Positions 1-12,100 of a stretch of 64,000 bases of DNA are shown one piece after another. This DNA is from Octopus sinensis (Eukaryota): positions 18,600,001 to 18,664,000 of the forward strand of contig NC_042999.1 in NCBI RefSeq assembly GCF_006345805.1. Reading direction: 5' to 3'. Positions within the stretch are counted from its first letter, which is position 1; each line of letters starts with the position of its first letter. Under the pieces are notes generated by a model. That model worked only from the letters and a program-made list of their open reading frames with translations, did no database searches and was not told where the DNA came from. Position numbers and translations under genes: made by a program.

Positions 1-252
1 TAAGACTGTTTTCCTACTTCCTGTCACGGGGGAACTCTCAGTGAATGCTAATATTGTTTTCTGATAATTAACTTTAAACTTTTGTGTATGTGTGTGTGTG
101 TTTGCGGCCGTGTATATGTGTGTGTATGTGTGTTTATGTGTGCGTTTGAGTGTTCATATGTGAATGTATGAGTTTCTGCTGTTAACGTGGTGTGTTCATA
201 TATTTGAGAGGAAACCTATACTAGCATGGTTTTAAAATTAAGTAACGCATTT

Positions 253-580
253 CTTTTTTTACTCCGCCGGTTACGACGACGAGGGTCCCAGCTGATACGA
301 TCAACGGAACAGCTTGCTCGTGAAATTAACGTGCAAATGGCTGAGCATTCCACAGACACGTGTACCCTTAACGTAGTTCTCGGGGATAATCAGCGTGACA
401 CAGAGAGTGACAAGGCTGACCCTTTGAAATACAAGTACAACTCATTTTTGCCAGCTGAGTGGACTGGAGCAACGTGAAATAAAGTGTCTTGCTCAAGGAC
501 ACAACGCGTCGCCGGGAATCGAACTCACAACCTTACGATCATGAGCCGAATGCCCTAACCACTAAGCCACGCGCCCTCAC
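253..580 (-). mobile_element. tRNA-derived SINE (head type A, tail type Y), full length
   Basis: Minus strand starts GTGAGGGCGCGTGGCTTAGTGG (A box) and has GTTCGATTCC (B box). A-rich tail at 253-260. 14-bp TSD TAAGTAACGCATTT at 239-252 and 581-594. Confidence 0.92.
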
Positions 581-1352
581 TAAGTAACGCATTTACTCAC
601 GCATATCTATTGGCATGTTGAATATGCTTTTAGATGAATGCATGTATTAGGTTTTCTCTTATTGTGTGAGAAAATATGCCTAAGTACATTAATGTATGAG
701 AATCTACGTTCTGATAATACAGAGAAGAATACACAAGAATTCAGTATACATATATATATATCTACAAACTATGGAAGAAGCAGCCACCTTAAGTTGCTAT
801 TTTGCAGTGAATAGAAAACAATTGCTTTGCTTCAAATCTAATTCATTGTGTATGTTTTATATGGTAACATTGAACATTTGTTGTAAAAAAAATATTTAAT
901 ATTAAATCAAATACCACAAATGTAAACAATCTTAAAACCACTAGTGTATACAGAAATAAAGAACAATTGTTGAAATAATATTAAATTGTTTTGTATAGGC
1001 GTCAATTATATTCAACCAGTGTATTCAAATAATCAGCAAGGTACACAAATCTTGGTCCGAATTTCTTCTTGTAATAGAATAAGCAAATAATCGCAAATGG
1101 AATTCGTACAAATGTGAGCTTGATTGCGGATTGGTGGTTAACAATTTTGTTTTGCAGCGCAGCATTTCGGGTTCGGTTCCATGGGTCATTGTCGGGATAA
1201 AATGTAGTAAAACTATAGACTTACGCTTTGAGGGTAAACTCAGTGGGATTAATCTCATACACTCACACACACACATATATAGATACCCATATTTACGCAC
1301 ACACACATATATACGCACGCAGACATATAGATATATATACATACGCACACCC

Positions 1353-1428
1353 GGAGGCGCAATGGCCCAGTGGTTAGGATAGCGGACTCGAGGTCGTAGG
1401 ATCGCGGTTTCGATTCCCAAGTGTGAGT

Positions 1429-1430
<2 letters not shown>
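1353..1430 (+). mobile_element. SINE head fragment (head type D)
   Basis: GGAGGCGCAATGGCCCAGTGGTTAGG...GGTTTCGATTCCC; same head as the copies near 28610, 30005, 41980 and 47050. Confidence 0.8.
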
Positions 1431-1459
<29 letters not shown>

Positions 1460-1460
<1 letters not shown>

Positions 1461-1762
1461 GTGGTTAGGGCATTCGGCTCATGATCGTAAGGTTGTGAGT
1501 TCGATTCCCGGCGACGCGTTGTGTCCTTGAGCAAGACACTTTATTTCACGTAGCTCCAGTCCACTCAGCTGGCAAAAATGAGTTGTACTTGTATTTCAAA
1601 GGGTCAGCCTTGTCACTCTCTGTGTCACGCTGATTATCCCCGAGAACTACGTTAAGGGTACACGTGTCTGTGGAATGCTCAGCCATTTGCACGTTAATTT
1701 CACGAGCAAGCTGTTCCGTTGATCGTATCAGCTGGGACCCTCGTCGTCGTAACCGGCGGAGT
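1460..1762 (+). mobile_element. tRNA-derived SINE (A head, Y tail), slightly 5'-truncated
   Basis: Reverse complement of 261-563 with one mismatch in 303 bp. Confidence 0.92.
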
Positions 1763-1792
1763 CTTTATTTATATATATATATATATATATAT

Positions 1793-2185
1793 GTAGGTCC
1801 CGGGTTGATTCGGGGTTAACCACAGTAAATAAGGTACTCAATACATAGCAGAGTAAAATTAATTTATTATATAGAAGGAGCTTCTACAGGACTAGAACTG
1901 TTTCATTCAAGAGAAATCTTCAGGAAGCTAGTTAACAAGAATTGTATTGGCATTTATACATTTAGGCAGGTTTAAAGGGGTGGGGTGGGGGACTTTTTGG
2001 GAGTAGGCATAGCGCAAAATATTATACTTGGGGGAGTGGTCAAGGAGTCAGTGGTAAATTAGATAAAAGAATAAATAAAAGAATAAAAAAAATATAAAAT
2101 AAAAAAATAAAAAATATAAAAAAATATATATAAAAAAGAATAGAGTTTTAGGTAAATAAGGAGATTCTCACTTATACCTAAACAC
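1793..2185 (-). mobile_element. Hammerhead-bearing repeat, probably a solo Penelope-like pseudo-LTR or retrozyme-like element
   Basis: Non-coding block between two microsatellites that contains the hammerhead at 1879-1929. The PLE assignment is inferred from the known association of type I hammerheads with PLE pLTRs. Confidence 0.55.
1879..1929 (-). ncRNA. Type I hammerhead ribozyme
   Basis: Minus strand: AGCUUC-CUGAAGA-U-UUC(UCUU)GAA-U-GAAACAG(UUCUAGUC)CUGU-A/GAAGCU. Perfect 6-bp stem I, CUGANGA and GAAA core, 4-bp stem III, GUA cleavage triplet. Stem II is short (3 bp) and closed by U-U. Confidence 0.8.
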
Positions 2186-2199
2186 ATATGTATACATAT

Positions 2200-2230
<31 letters not shown>

Positions 2231-2976
2231 CATACACACATACATACACACACACATATACATATATATACACATACATACACATATCTACACATACACA
2301 TATATATATATATATATATCTATATATATATATATATATATATATACATACACACACACACATGCATACACATATACACACATGTATGTATACACACACG
2401 ACCACACATACATATACACACAGAAAAATATATATACATACACACATACACATACACGCATACACACACATATCCACATACACACATGCACACACAACAC
2501 ACAGGTCCCTATATACACATATATACACATACACACATATATACATATATATACATATATATATATATATATACATATGTGTACCTATACATACCTACAC
2601 ATACACACATATATACATACAAATACAGACCCATTCCCTAATTTTAATTTTATTATCTTCATTTATTACTTTTGTTATTTTTGACCGCTGGTCACAAGCA
2701 TCTTGGCTATGACAGCAAGTCCATTAATCTTTCTACTTCAAAACAAGCACTCATTCACGCACGCACACTCATTTGCACGCACCCTCACTCATTCGTACAC
2801 TCATACACATACACGCATGCACGCGTTATATTCATAAATACATACATCTACATACATTCACGTATATACACATACGTACGCGTACCTACAGATTCATGTC
2901 TACACTCTTAGAAGGCTAGTCTATACATATACACCAATAAATATATATACACACATACATATACACCTACATACAA

Positions 2977-3021
<45 letters not shown>

Positions 3022-3139
3022 TATATATATACATATATACACATACACACACCCACACTTATACATATACATACATATATATACGCGCATGCATACACAT
3101 ACAAATACATACACATACACATATACATATACATACATA

Positions 3140-3182
<43 letters not shown>

Positions 3183-3273
3183 CACATACATACATATACA
3201 TACATACATATACAAATATACGCACACACATACATACACATATACATCCATACATCCATACATACATATATAC
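2186..3273. repeat. Compound (CA)/(TA)/(CATA) microsatellite field
   Basis: Direct reading; source of the His/Thr/Tyr/Ile and Cys/Val/Met ORFs in the track. Confidence 0.95.
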
Positions 3274-3274
3274 T

Positions 3275-6200
3275 TCAGTCTTCAGTCTTTCTGAACAGAG
3301 CTCAGACGCATGCCTGGGAGGACCCCAATATGGGTTTTCGCGAGGAATACTCACTAAGAGAGAGAATTCGCCGGAGGAACCTGATATCCGAGCTAAAGAT
3401 GAGGAAACAAATGGGAGAGAAGGGTTTACGAATCCAAGATGGACAGATGATCAAGTCCTACCTCTGGTCCCATGCTGTAGTGCTGACAGGGAAAGTGATG
3501 TGAGGGAAAATCGAAGTGAAGTTGATACCCCCGTCAACGATGCTATCTCTGATGCCCTTTATTCTGCTTGTTCCCCAACTCCCGCCCCTCAGACTTCACA
3601 GCTCAGCATCGTCTACACCAACTCGTGCTCCTTATTCCAAAAGTTCAGTGAACTATTTACATTGGCCCTACGCGACTCCCCTGATGTGATAGCTATCACC
3701 GAGACTTGGCTGACTCCAGCAGTAAAGGACTCAGAGATCCACCTGCAGGGCTACGTCCTTTTCAGATGTGACAGAGGAAAAAGGCGAGGTGGAGGTGTTG
3801 TTGTGTATGTTAAGTCTGAGCACAAACCGTCCTGCGGTATTCTACCCACAAATGCTCAACCTACAACCAAATTCGATGCCGTCTATTGCAAGCTGAGCCT
3901 ATCTGAGTTTTGCCTGCCCGTGTTGGCTGTCTACAGGCCGCCTCTAGCCGACCCCCAGGACGATGCTCATCTACTCGAAGCGATAAGATTCGTTTCAGCT
4001 TCGCATGACTGCTTGGTACTAGGAGACTTCAACGCTCCCACGATCGATTGGCCTGCATCAATTTGTACAACATCTTCCCGGTTCGGCCAGGCCCTTCTTG
4101 ACGTGGCTGAAGATTGTTTTCTATCACAACATGTTGAATATCCGACAAGGCATCGGTCTGGGCAGCAGCCATCTATGCTAGATCTGGTATTCTCCCGCTA
4201 TCCAAGATCAGTGTCAGACGTATCTGTGTGCGCCCCTCTTGCCAAGAGTGATCATGCGGTCCTGAAGTTCGTCATGCACACAACTTTTTCCACGCCCACG
4301 ATTACTTCGCTGCCACGTAGAGTCTTCTCTGCAATTAATCTTGAAATTCTAACCGAGGCTTCCGCGCTTCTGGACTGGCGTTCCCTGATGACGTTGTCCT
4401 CAGTTGACGAACTATGGTCATCCCTCAAAGCATATGTAATCTGTTTGACTGACCAGGCAGTTCCCGTTGGACTTCCCAAGAGGAAGAAACACAAGCCCTG
4501 GGTGACGAAGGTTAAACGAGAACGTCGACTCAGAGATATTGCTTGGGCTGAATTCAAAAATCTGGATTCGACTACAGCTTTTGAGGTGTACAAAACTCAA
4601 CGAGACCGAGCCGTGAAAATTGAAAAGAAGGAACGCTTCAGTTATGAATACAAAATCGCGGCAAATGCCAGTAGCAATCCAAAAACCTTCTTTGCCCATG
4701 TCCAGCGGAATTCCCGCTTGAACAACCAGATTGCAACGTTGGTAGACTCAACAGGCGTATCGATTGAGGACCCTTATCAACAGAGTCAATTATTTGCCGA
4801 GGCTTTTTCAACTATTTTCAAACAAGATGATGGTCGTGAACCCCCTCCATTTGATAGATCGGTACCTCCAATGCTTCGATTGATCATCACGCGGGACCAA
4901 GTCAAACGTGTTATTCAAGGCCTCGATGTCAACAAGGGTCACGGCCCTGACGGCATACACCCACGGGTTATCAAAGCGTTGGCTCCGGTCTTCTGCGAGC
5001 CCTTAACACGACTATTCAATATGTCATTGGCGACGGGTGTTATACCTGCAGACTGGAGAACAGCGATAATCTGCCCAATTTTCAAGAAAGGGAGCCTCGA
5101 AGACCCGCTTAACTACCGACCGGTTTCCCTTACATCAATAATCAGCAAGATGTTCGAAACCATCCTTAAGAAAAGTATGATGCTCCACCTCCTAAACACA
5201 GCCTCGATCACTGATTCCCAACACGGCTTCGTGTCGAAGAGATCATGCTTGACCAACTTACTAGTAATGGAAGAATTGGTGACGCGCATCCTCGATGGTA
5301 GTGATGCTGTTGACATCGTTTTATTGGACTTTGCCAAAGCTTTTGACTCGGTAAACCACCGCCTACTACTTGTCAAGCTTCAAGCATATAGTTTCCATCC
5401 GGATATTGTACGATGGGTTGGTGCCTTCCTCTCAGATCGCTCCTTCCAAGTTCAAGTTAATGGTTCGCGGTCCGACGTCTCTAGTGCGAGCAGTGGCGTG
5501 CCTCAAGGTTCAGTGCTTGGGCCCTTGTTGTTCTTAGTCTTCCTAAATGACTTGCCCGACGACCTCACGCAACACACCCTTCTATTTGCCGACGATATCA
5601 AACTGGTCGCTCCTCGCGGTAGTATAGAGGATCTTCGTCGATGCCTCCACCAAATTTGGAAGTGGTCTAATGAATGGGACCTGTGTCTGAACGTGTCAAA
5701 GTGCTGTCATCTGCCTGTCGGCTCTACTCCTGCAACTCAACTTGATTTCGAGCCGGGTCGTCTGCTGCTGGAGAGGACCGATCAGGTAAAGGACCTGGGT
5801 ATCTTGGTGGATTCCTCCTTTTCGCCTTCGGCCCAGTGCGTCCATGCTGCCAACAAAGCGCGCGGAATTCTGTTTTTGATTCGACGGTCATTCGGAATGC
5901 TCACAGCAGCCATATTCCTGCCACTCTATGTCACGCTGGTGAGACCCATATTGGAGTATGGGATTCAAGCCTCTTCTCCTTATCTCCTCAAAGACATACA
6001 GCACCTCGAAAGAGTCCAGAGGCTGGCTACCCGCATGGTTCATGGTCTCAAAAATTTGTCCTACGAAGAAAGGCTGAGGACGCTCGACCTTTGTTCTCTT
6101 GAAAAACGCCGCCGCCGTGGTGATCTCATTCTCGCCCACAACATCATAAGCGGGAAGTGTAACCTCTCGAAAGAGCTGTTCTTCACTCTGCTCCGGAGCG

Positions 6201-6384
6201 TCGGCTGCGGGGTCATTCCGAAAAGCTCTACCTGCGACGATTTCATCTCAATCGAAGGAGAGGAGCTTTCTCCGTCCGGGTTGCGGATCCGTGGAACAAG
6301 CTGCCAGACGAGATGGTGAAGATGCCGACGACCGCTTTGTTCAAAGCCTCCCTGGACCTCAAGTGGCCTGAACTCTTTACATGA
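3275..6384 (+). pseudogene. LINE ORF2: APE endonuclease-reverse transcriptase with one 1-bp deletion near 6188
   Basis: EN motifs YTN, ITETWL, VYRPP, GDFNAP, LDLVF, SDH. RT motifs [40 protein letters not shown]. Shifting frame at 6188 restores [13 protein letters not shown]...[13 protein letters not shown]...ELFT* (stop 6382-6384). Confidence 0.93.
3276..3503 (+). CDS. C-terminal remnant of LINE ORF1 (different frame from ORF2)
   Basis: Open frame ...[41 protein letters not shown]...GKVM*, ending TGA 3501-3503. Resembles the ER..RR.L..ELK.R...GE..L.I..G.I C-terminal pattern of invertebrate LINE ORF1 proteins. Confidence 0.65.
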   Translation, partial: QSSVFLNRAQTHAWEDPNMGFREEYSLRERIRRRNLISELKMRKQMGEKGLRIQDGQMIKSYLWSHAVVLTGKVM

Positions 6385-6468
6385 ACACCACCCTGTACTT
6401 AACTCCATGTCCCCCTACATGGCCTTGCTATTTGCTTTTGAGCCAAATTAACTAACTAACTAACTAAC

Positions 6469-6754
6469 ATATACACATACACGCACATACACATGTACAT
6501 GCGTACCCATACACACACACACACACGCGCATCCATATATACACATAAGTACACACATGCGTAAAAGTATACATAAATCTATGCTTACACATACACACAC
6601 ACACACGCGCCTCCTTATATTCATACTTACATGCATACTCAAAAAATAAATAATAAATATTAAGTATATGTACGTGCAGTTACCTATTATACAGACGGAT
6701 ACATACATATAAACTTACACACATATACATATATATACATATACATATACACAC

Positions 6755-6785
<31 letters not shown>

Positions 6786-6982
6786 TATATATATATATAT
6801 ATACATATATATATACATACCTACACATATGTACATATACATACACACATAGATAACTCTACGTACCTACATATACATAAACACACGAGCGTACACGTAT
6901 ATGTACATATACACATACACATACACACACATATATATATACATACATACATATACATACACACATATATACACACACATAC

Positions 6983-7031
<49 letters not shown>

Positions 7032-7135
7032 CACACACATATACATGTGTGCAAACATACATACATACTCATACACGCACACACACTTACATATACATAT
7101 ATACACACACTTACACACATATATACATACATATA

Positions 7136-7168
<33 letters not shown>

Positions 7169-7232
7169 GTATACATAGACATATTCACACATACACATAT
7201 ATACATATATACACATACATATACATTTACAC

Positions 7233-7266
<34 letters not shown>

Positions 7267-7803
7267 ACACACATACATATACACACACAGATACATATAC
7301 ATACACGTATATACCCACACGTACACATATACACAAATATACATATATACATACATATACACACATACACACACACACACATATATATACATACATACAC
7401 ATACACATACATATACATATATATACACACATATACACATGCACATACTTATAACTCTACATACCCACTTATACACACATATATATATACACACACACAT
7501 ACATATACATATATACATGTATATATACACACACATATATATATACACATCTACAATTTGTATCTACACTCACATACATGCACATACACATAACTCTACA
7601 TACCTACATATACATCGACATACTCGCGTACACTCATATATATACATATATACATATACACACACTCATACATATACATATATATATATATATACATATA
7701 TAAATACACATATACACACACATACATATATATATATACATACACACACACATACACATACATATATATATATTGTTTTTTTGTTTCCCGTTTGGATTAA
7801 AAT

Positions 7804-7858
<55 letters not shown>

Positions 7859-7875
7859 CATACACACATACATAT
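6469..7875. repeat. Compound (CA)/(TA)/(CATA) microsatellite field
   Basis: Direct reading. Confidence 0.95.
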
Positions 7876-8026
7876 ATCAACAATTGAGGGTAAAGTTAAT
7901 TAGTTATTAATCAATTTCACCAAGTATTCAGTATGTAAAAGGACCATTATTTTTTTGAGTAAACAATGTCTGAGAGAAAATATTCTCTAAGTAGTGCAAG
8001 AGGCTAAAAAATTTTTTGGCTGCTTG

Positions 8027-8228
8027 TGTCTGTGTCTGTGTCTGTGTCTCCCCAACATCGGTTGACAACCGATGCGGTGTGTCTACGCGTCCGTCACTAG
8101 CGTTTCGCCAAAAGAAATCGATAGTATAAGTACTAGGCGTATTAACGAATAAGTCCTGGGGTCGATTTGCTCTAATAAAGGCGGTGCTCCTGCATGGCCG
8201 CAGTCAAATGACTGAAAAAAATAAAAGA
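8027..8228 (+). mobile_element. SINE family C, 3' half
   Basis: GTCTCCCCAACATCG...GGGGTCGATTTGCTC...GCAGTCAAATGACTGAA, matching the 3' part of the copy at 12598-13005. Confidence 0.8.
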
Positions 8229-8570
8229 ATATGTACGTGGCGGGGTTTCTAATGGCTTCATTCTCAAAGATTCAGTCACAAGGCATTGGTCGTTTCTGGG
8301 CTACAATAACTGTCAAACGTGTCAGTCGCGGAACAACCACCAGATTACAAAATGTGGCTCTTAACTATACAGCTATGTCTATGCCTATACATAAAGTTTA
8401 CATTTTTTTAATGTATTTCTATACGTGCATATAAACAAACATTCATATACACACACATACATACATACATACATACATACATACATACATACATACATAC
8501 ATACATGCATGCATGCATACATACATACATACATACATACATACATACATACATACACACATATAAATAA

Positions 8571-8607
<37 letters not shown>

Positions 8608-9062
8608 TGTATTCTAAGAGTGTTCTCGTAGTATTTTTTAATTTAGATGCTGCGTTTTCTCACTAGGAAGCTGACTGTGGCTTACAGGCGATTAACCCTG
8701 GAACATCAGACAAACTCAATAAAATCACACATGCGCAAATATATCACAATATAAAAAAATTATATCTTATAATAAATTTTTCCTTTCATCACATTCTGTG
8801 TTAAAATTTTCACTTTGACAACTGCTTTAACTCTCCTGCTGATAGACAAAATTGATTTTGAAGCTAAATTGTAGACTAAACACTCGGTGCAAAATCACTA
8901 AGAAACATTTTGTAAAAATTCACAGCGAATTCTCATGGGCAGCAAAGAAGATTTTATTGATTACTCTAAACGTGTGATAATTCTTGTGGAGAAACTGCTT
9001 AAAGATAAAAACATATCTATATATATATTGCAGATACTAGAGGCCCTGCAGTCCATACACGT

Positions 9063-9146
9063 ATGAATACATATTCCATTGCAAAACATATAGTTTAGCT
9101 TAGTTATATTATTTCCTGTATTGTTCGAAGGCTTCGGTTTACCCAG
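9063..9146 (+). CDS. Candidate first coding exon (signal-peptide-like)
   Basis: Hydrophobic SLVILFPVLFEGFG, donor CAG|gtaaca at 9147, phase 2. The ATG at 9063 joins this frame only if one T in 9094-9096 is removed. Confidence 0.4.
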
Positions 9147-12100
9147 GTAACACTTCCACGCAAAACACATGTATACATCAATATTAAATAGTTTTACTAT
9201 TAAAAACACCAATATAAATTTAAACTGTGCTCAAAAGTAGCTAGATCAACTCTGTTTACATGTGGATCTACACACAAACTAACGTCTAATTTCCTGTCAA
9301 GATAAACTCAATTGTTTAATATTGTACGAAAAAAATAACAGTACGTTAAAAATAAAAACCCTGCATAGCCTGAATTGTCATTTAATAACATTGTGAAATG
9401 ATATCTCTTTGAATCTGAATGGCAATATATCAATATAGTGATTTTGTTCCACAAATGAACACCTTTTACTAGGAGTAGAGAAATAGATAGATGCATAAAA
9501 TTATGCTTTTATTATTTTAGATATATTAAAGGTGGCGAGCTGGCAGAAACGTTAGCACACCGGGCGAAATGCTTAGCGGTATTCCGTCTGTCGTACGTTC
9601 TGAGTTCATATTCCGCCGAGGTCGACTTTGCCTTTCATCCTTTCGGGGTCGATAAATTAAGTACCAGTTACGCACTGGGGTTGATGTAATCGACTTAATC
9701 TGTTTGTCTGTCCTTGTTTGTCATCTCTGTGTTTAGCCCCTTGAGGGTAGTAAAGAAATAAGTATTTCGTCTACCGCTCATCCTTTCGGGGTCGATTAAA
9801 TACGTACCACTTACTCACTGGGGTCGATATAATCGACTTAATCTGTTTGTCTGTCCTTGTTTGTCCTCTCTGTGTTTAGCCCCTTGAGGGTAGTAAAGAA
9901 ATAGGTATTTCATCTGCCGTTACGTTCTGAGTTCAAATTCCGCCGATGTCGACTTTGCCTTTCATCCTTTCGGAGTCGATAAATTAAGTACAAGTTACGC
10001 ACTGAGGTCAATGTAACTGACTTAATCCGTTTGTCTGTCCTTGTTTGTCCCCTCTATGTTTAGCCCCTTGTGGGCAATAAAGAAATAAGAATCGTAAACG
10101 CACGGAAGATAGTGTTTAGTGGAATTTTGTCTGGCTCTATGTTCTGAACTCAAATTCCGCCACAATATTCTTTCACATTTATTTCGAGGTTGAAAAAATA
10201 CGTACCAATCAAGTATTGGCGGTCAACGTAATTGACGTCTCCTTCCTGCAAAAAAGTTCTATATCTGAGTAAAAATTTTAACCCATTAATTTAGATATAT
10301 AATTCCACAATGTGTATACACCGTGTGTTTGTATGTGTGTGTGGAAGGTTTTTTTTCAATTTGCATCAACCAAATCCGCTCACAAGGCCTTGGTCGGCCT
10401 GGAGCTCATATACACATTGGCAGACAGCATGCGATATTGGTAAACGATCTGGACATGGTGTGGTTCTGAATGAGGCCAAGCAGATAATATGAGACACAAC
10501 AAAATATCTGCGAGCTATACGCTTTAACTTTTAAATTGCCATCTACAAAATTGATGTGGTAACATTATCACCGTTTGTGGAATGAAATATTTGTTACCAG
10601 CTGATTGCAGCCACTGTCGCCACACCTTAGGGAACATACAAAAATGGGTTTAACAAAGCATTCATCTCTCTACAGTTCTAAGATTGGTATTTAATAGACT
10701 TATTTCAGGAGTTTGATATGAAAAAACCTTTGTTTCATTGCACAGCAATAGTAAGCTATCAGTTCATAATATACTTTTCTACTTTAGGCACAAGGCCCGA
10801 AATTTTGGGTGAGGGTGGCAATCGATTAGATCGACCCATGTACGCAACTGGAACTTAAGTTATCGATCTCGAAAGGATGAAAGGCAAAATCGACCTCCTA
10901 AGAATTTGAACTCGGATCGTAAGGACAAACGAAATAAAGCTATCAGTTCACATTAGAAAAAGAAATATCAGTGAGTTTTCTTTAAAATACCCCAAGTAAT
11001 TCTCTACGAATTTAAACCTGGTCTTTCAGAGATCTTTTTATTTTATCATCCTGACATTCATAGATGATATTGGGGCAGAGTATTAATGCCATAACTTAAG
11101 AATCATCCGTTGACTTAGGGAGCTACAAAATAGTTAAGTATGTATTGACTTTTAAATAACTTTAACAACCATCGATGATGATTTCCAGTTTCGAGTTTTA
11201 CGGTTTATTCACCATGTATTATCCATTAAAGCTGAGAAGTAAAGCGCCATCAAAATAATAAGACATTTATTCTACTAAATGAATAGCCCCTCCACAGCAT
11301 ATGGTTTCTCGTTTGCTACATATTGATCACCATGTAGCACACGCACAAAAAAGCACGCATATAAACGTCATTAAGGAAAAGTACAAATAGACGCCTGTTG
11401 AGACAAAAATATAGAATACAAATTATTATACTTGATGATGTTTGACAAGAATTTTAATTAATTAAAGTTACACCTTTACTCATGAAAACAAATATTGGTT
11501 CACTGTAGGTCGTTTGCCTTTTACGAAATGAATTAGCCACTTTGTTAATTAACGTGAGAATTCATCACAGAAGGTGTAATAGTAATTAAAATTTGAATAT
11601 ATTTCCTACCATATTTAGGAGGCTAAAAGACAAATTGATACACACACACACATTGCAGATGTCATAAGAACTTTATAAATGTTTCGAGCGGTGAAACTCT
11701 TTTATGGACTCAGAGATGTGAAAGAGTATTACGTGAAGATATAAATAATAGCATGTAAATATTTGATTGCACAACCCCTTTGAAATAGCGAAAACAAAAA
11801 TACTGCCTATGTGATTCGAACACACATTTCCTAAAGACAATTCAGGAATAATATTTTTAGGCCAAAGACATCCCTAGAAAATTTCCATTTTAGGAACTTC
11901 ATACTTACTAGTGAAAATTATATGTTACTGACGTCAAACTAATTTGCTATAATAAAAAGATATTTAGCAGCAAATGATATATAAATATTTGCGTATTTTA
12001 TATAATTTAGTTATTTATTTTATATATATTTTAGAGCGATTCTTGAAAATCTAATAGATGGCAGACCCTCTTCCTGCTAGGTTAACTTTATTTTCAAGGC

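Larger units (their letters stand above)
3274..6468 (+). mobile_element. CR1-type non-LTR retrotransposon (APE endonuclease + RT), 5'-truncated, young
   Basis: ORF1 remnant, EN-RT ORF2, a 3' UTR of about 65 nt and a (TAAC)5 tail at 6449-6468. Inserted in a CA/TA microsatellite; visibly GC- and CpG-rich relative to its flanks. Confidence 0.93.

Noticed and set aside
3089-3274. ATG at 3089 as the start of the 1076-aa ORF
   Set aside because: It lies in the flanking microsatellite; the element begins at about 3274.
2059-7903. Many 60-284 aa ORFs rich in H/T/Y/I or C/V/M (also 26452-26921, 33735-34049 and others)
   Set aside because: They are translations of stop-free microsatellites, not genes.
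8692-8950. Possible piggyBac-like MITE starting TTAACCC
   Set aside because: No matching right TIR or TTAA was found.
9531-10088. Regularly repeated modules as a CRISPR-like array
   Set aside because: They are tandem SINE bodies without unique spacers, in a eukaryotic context.
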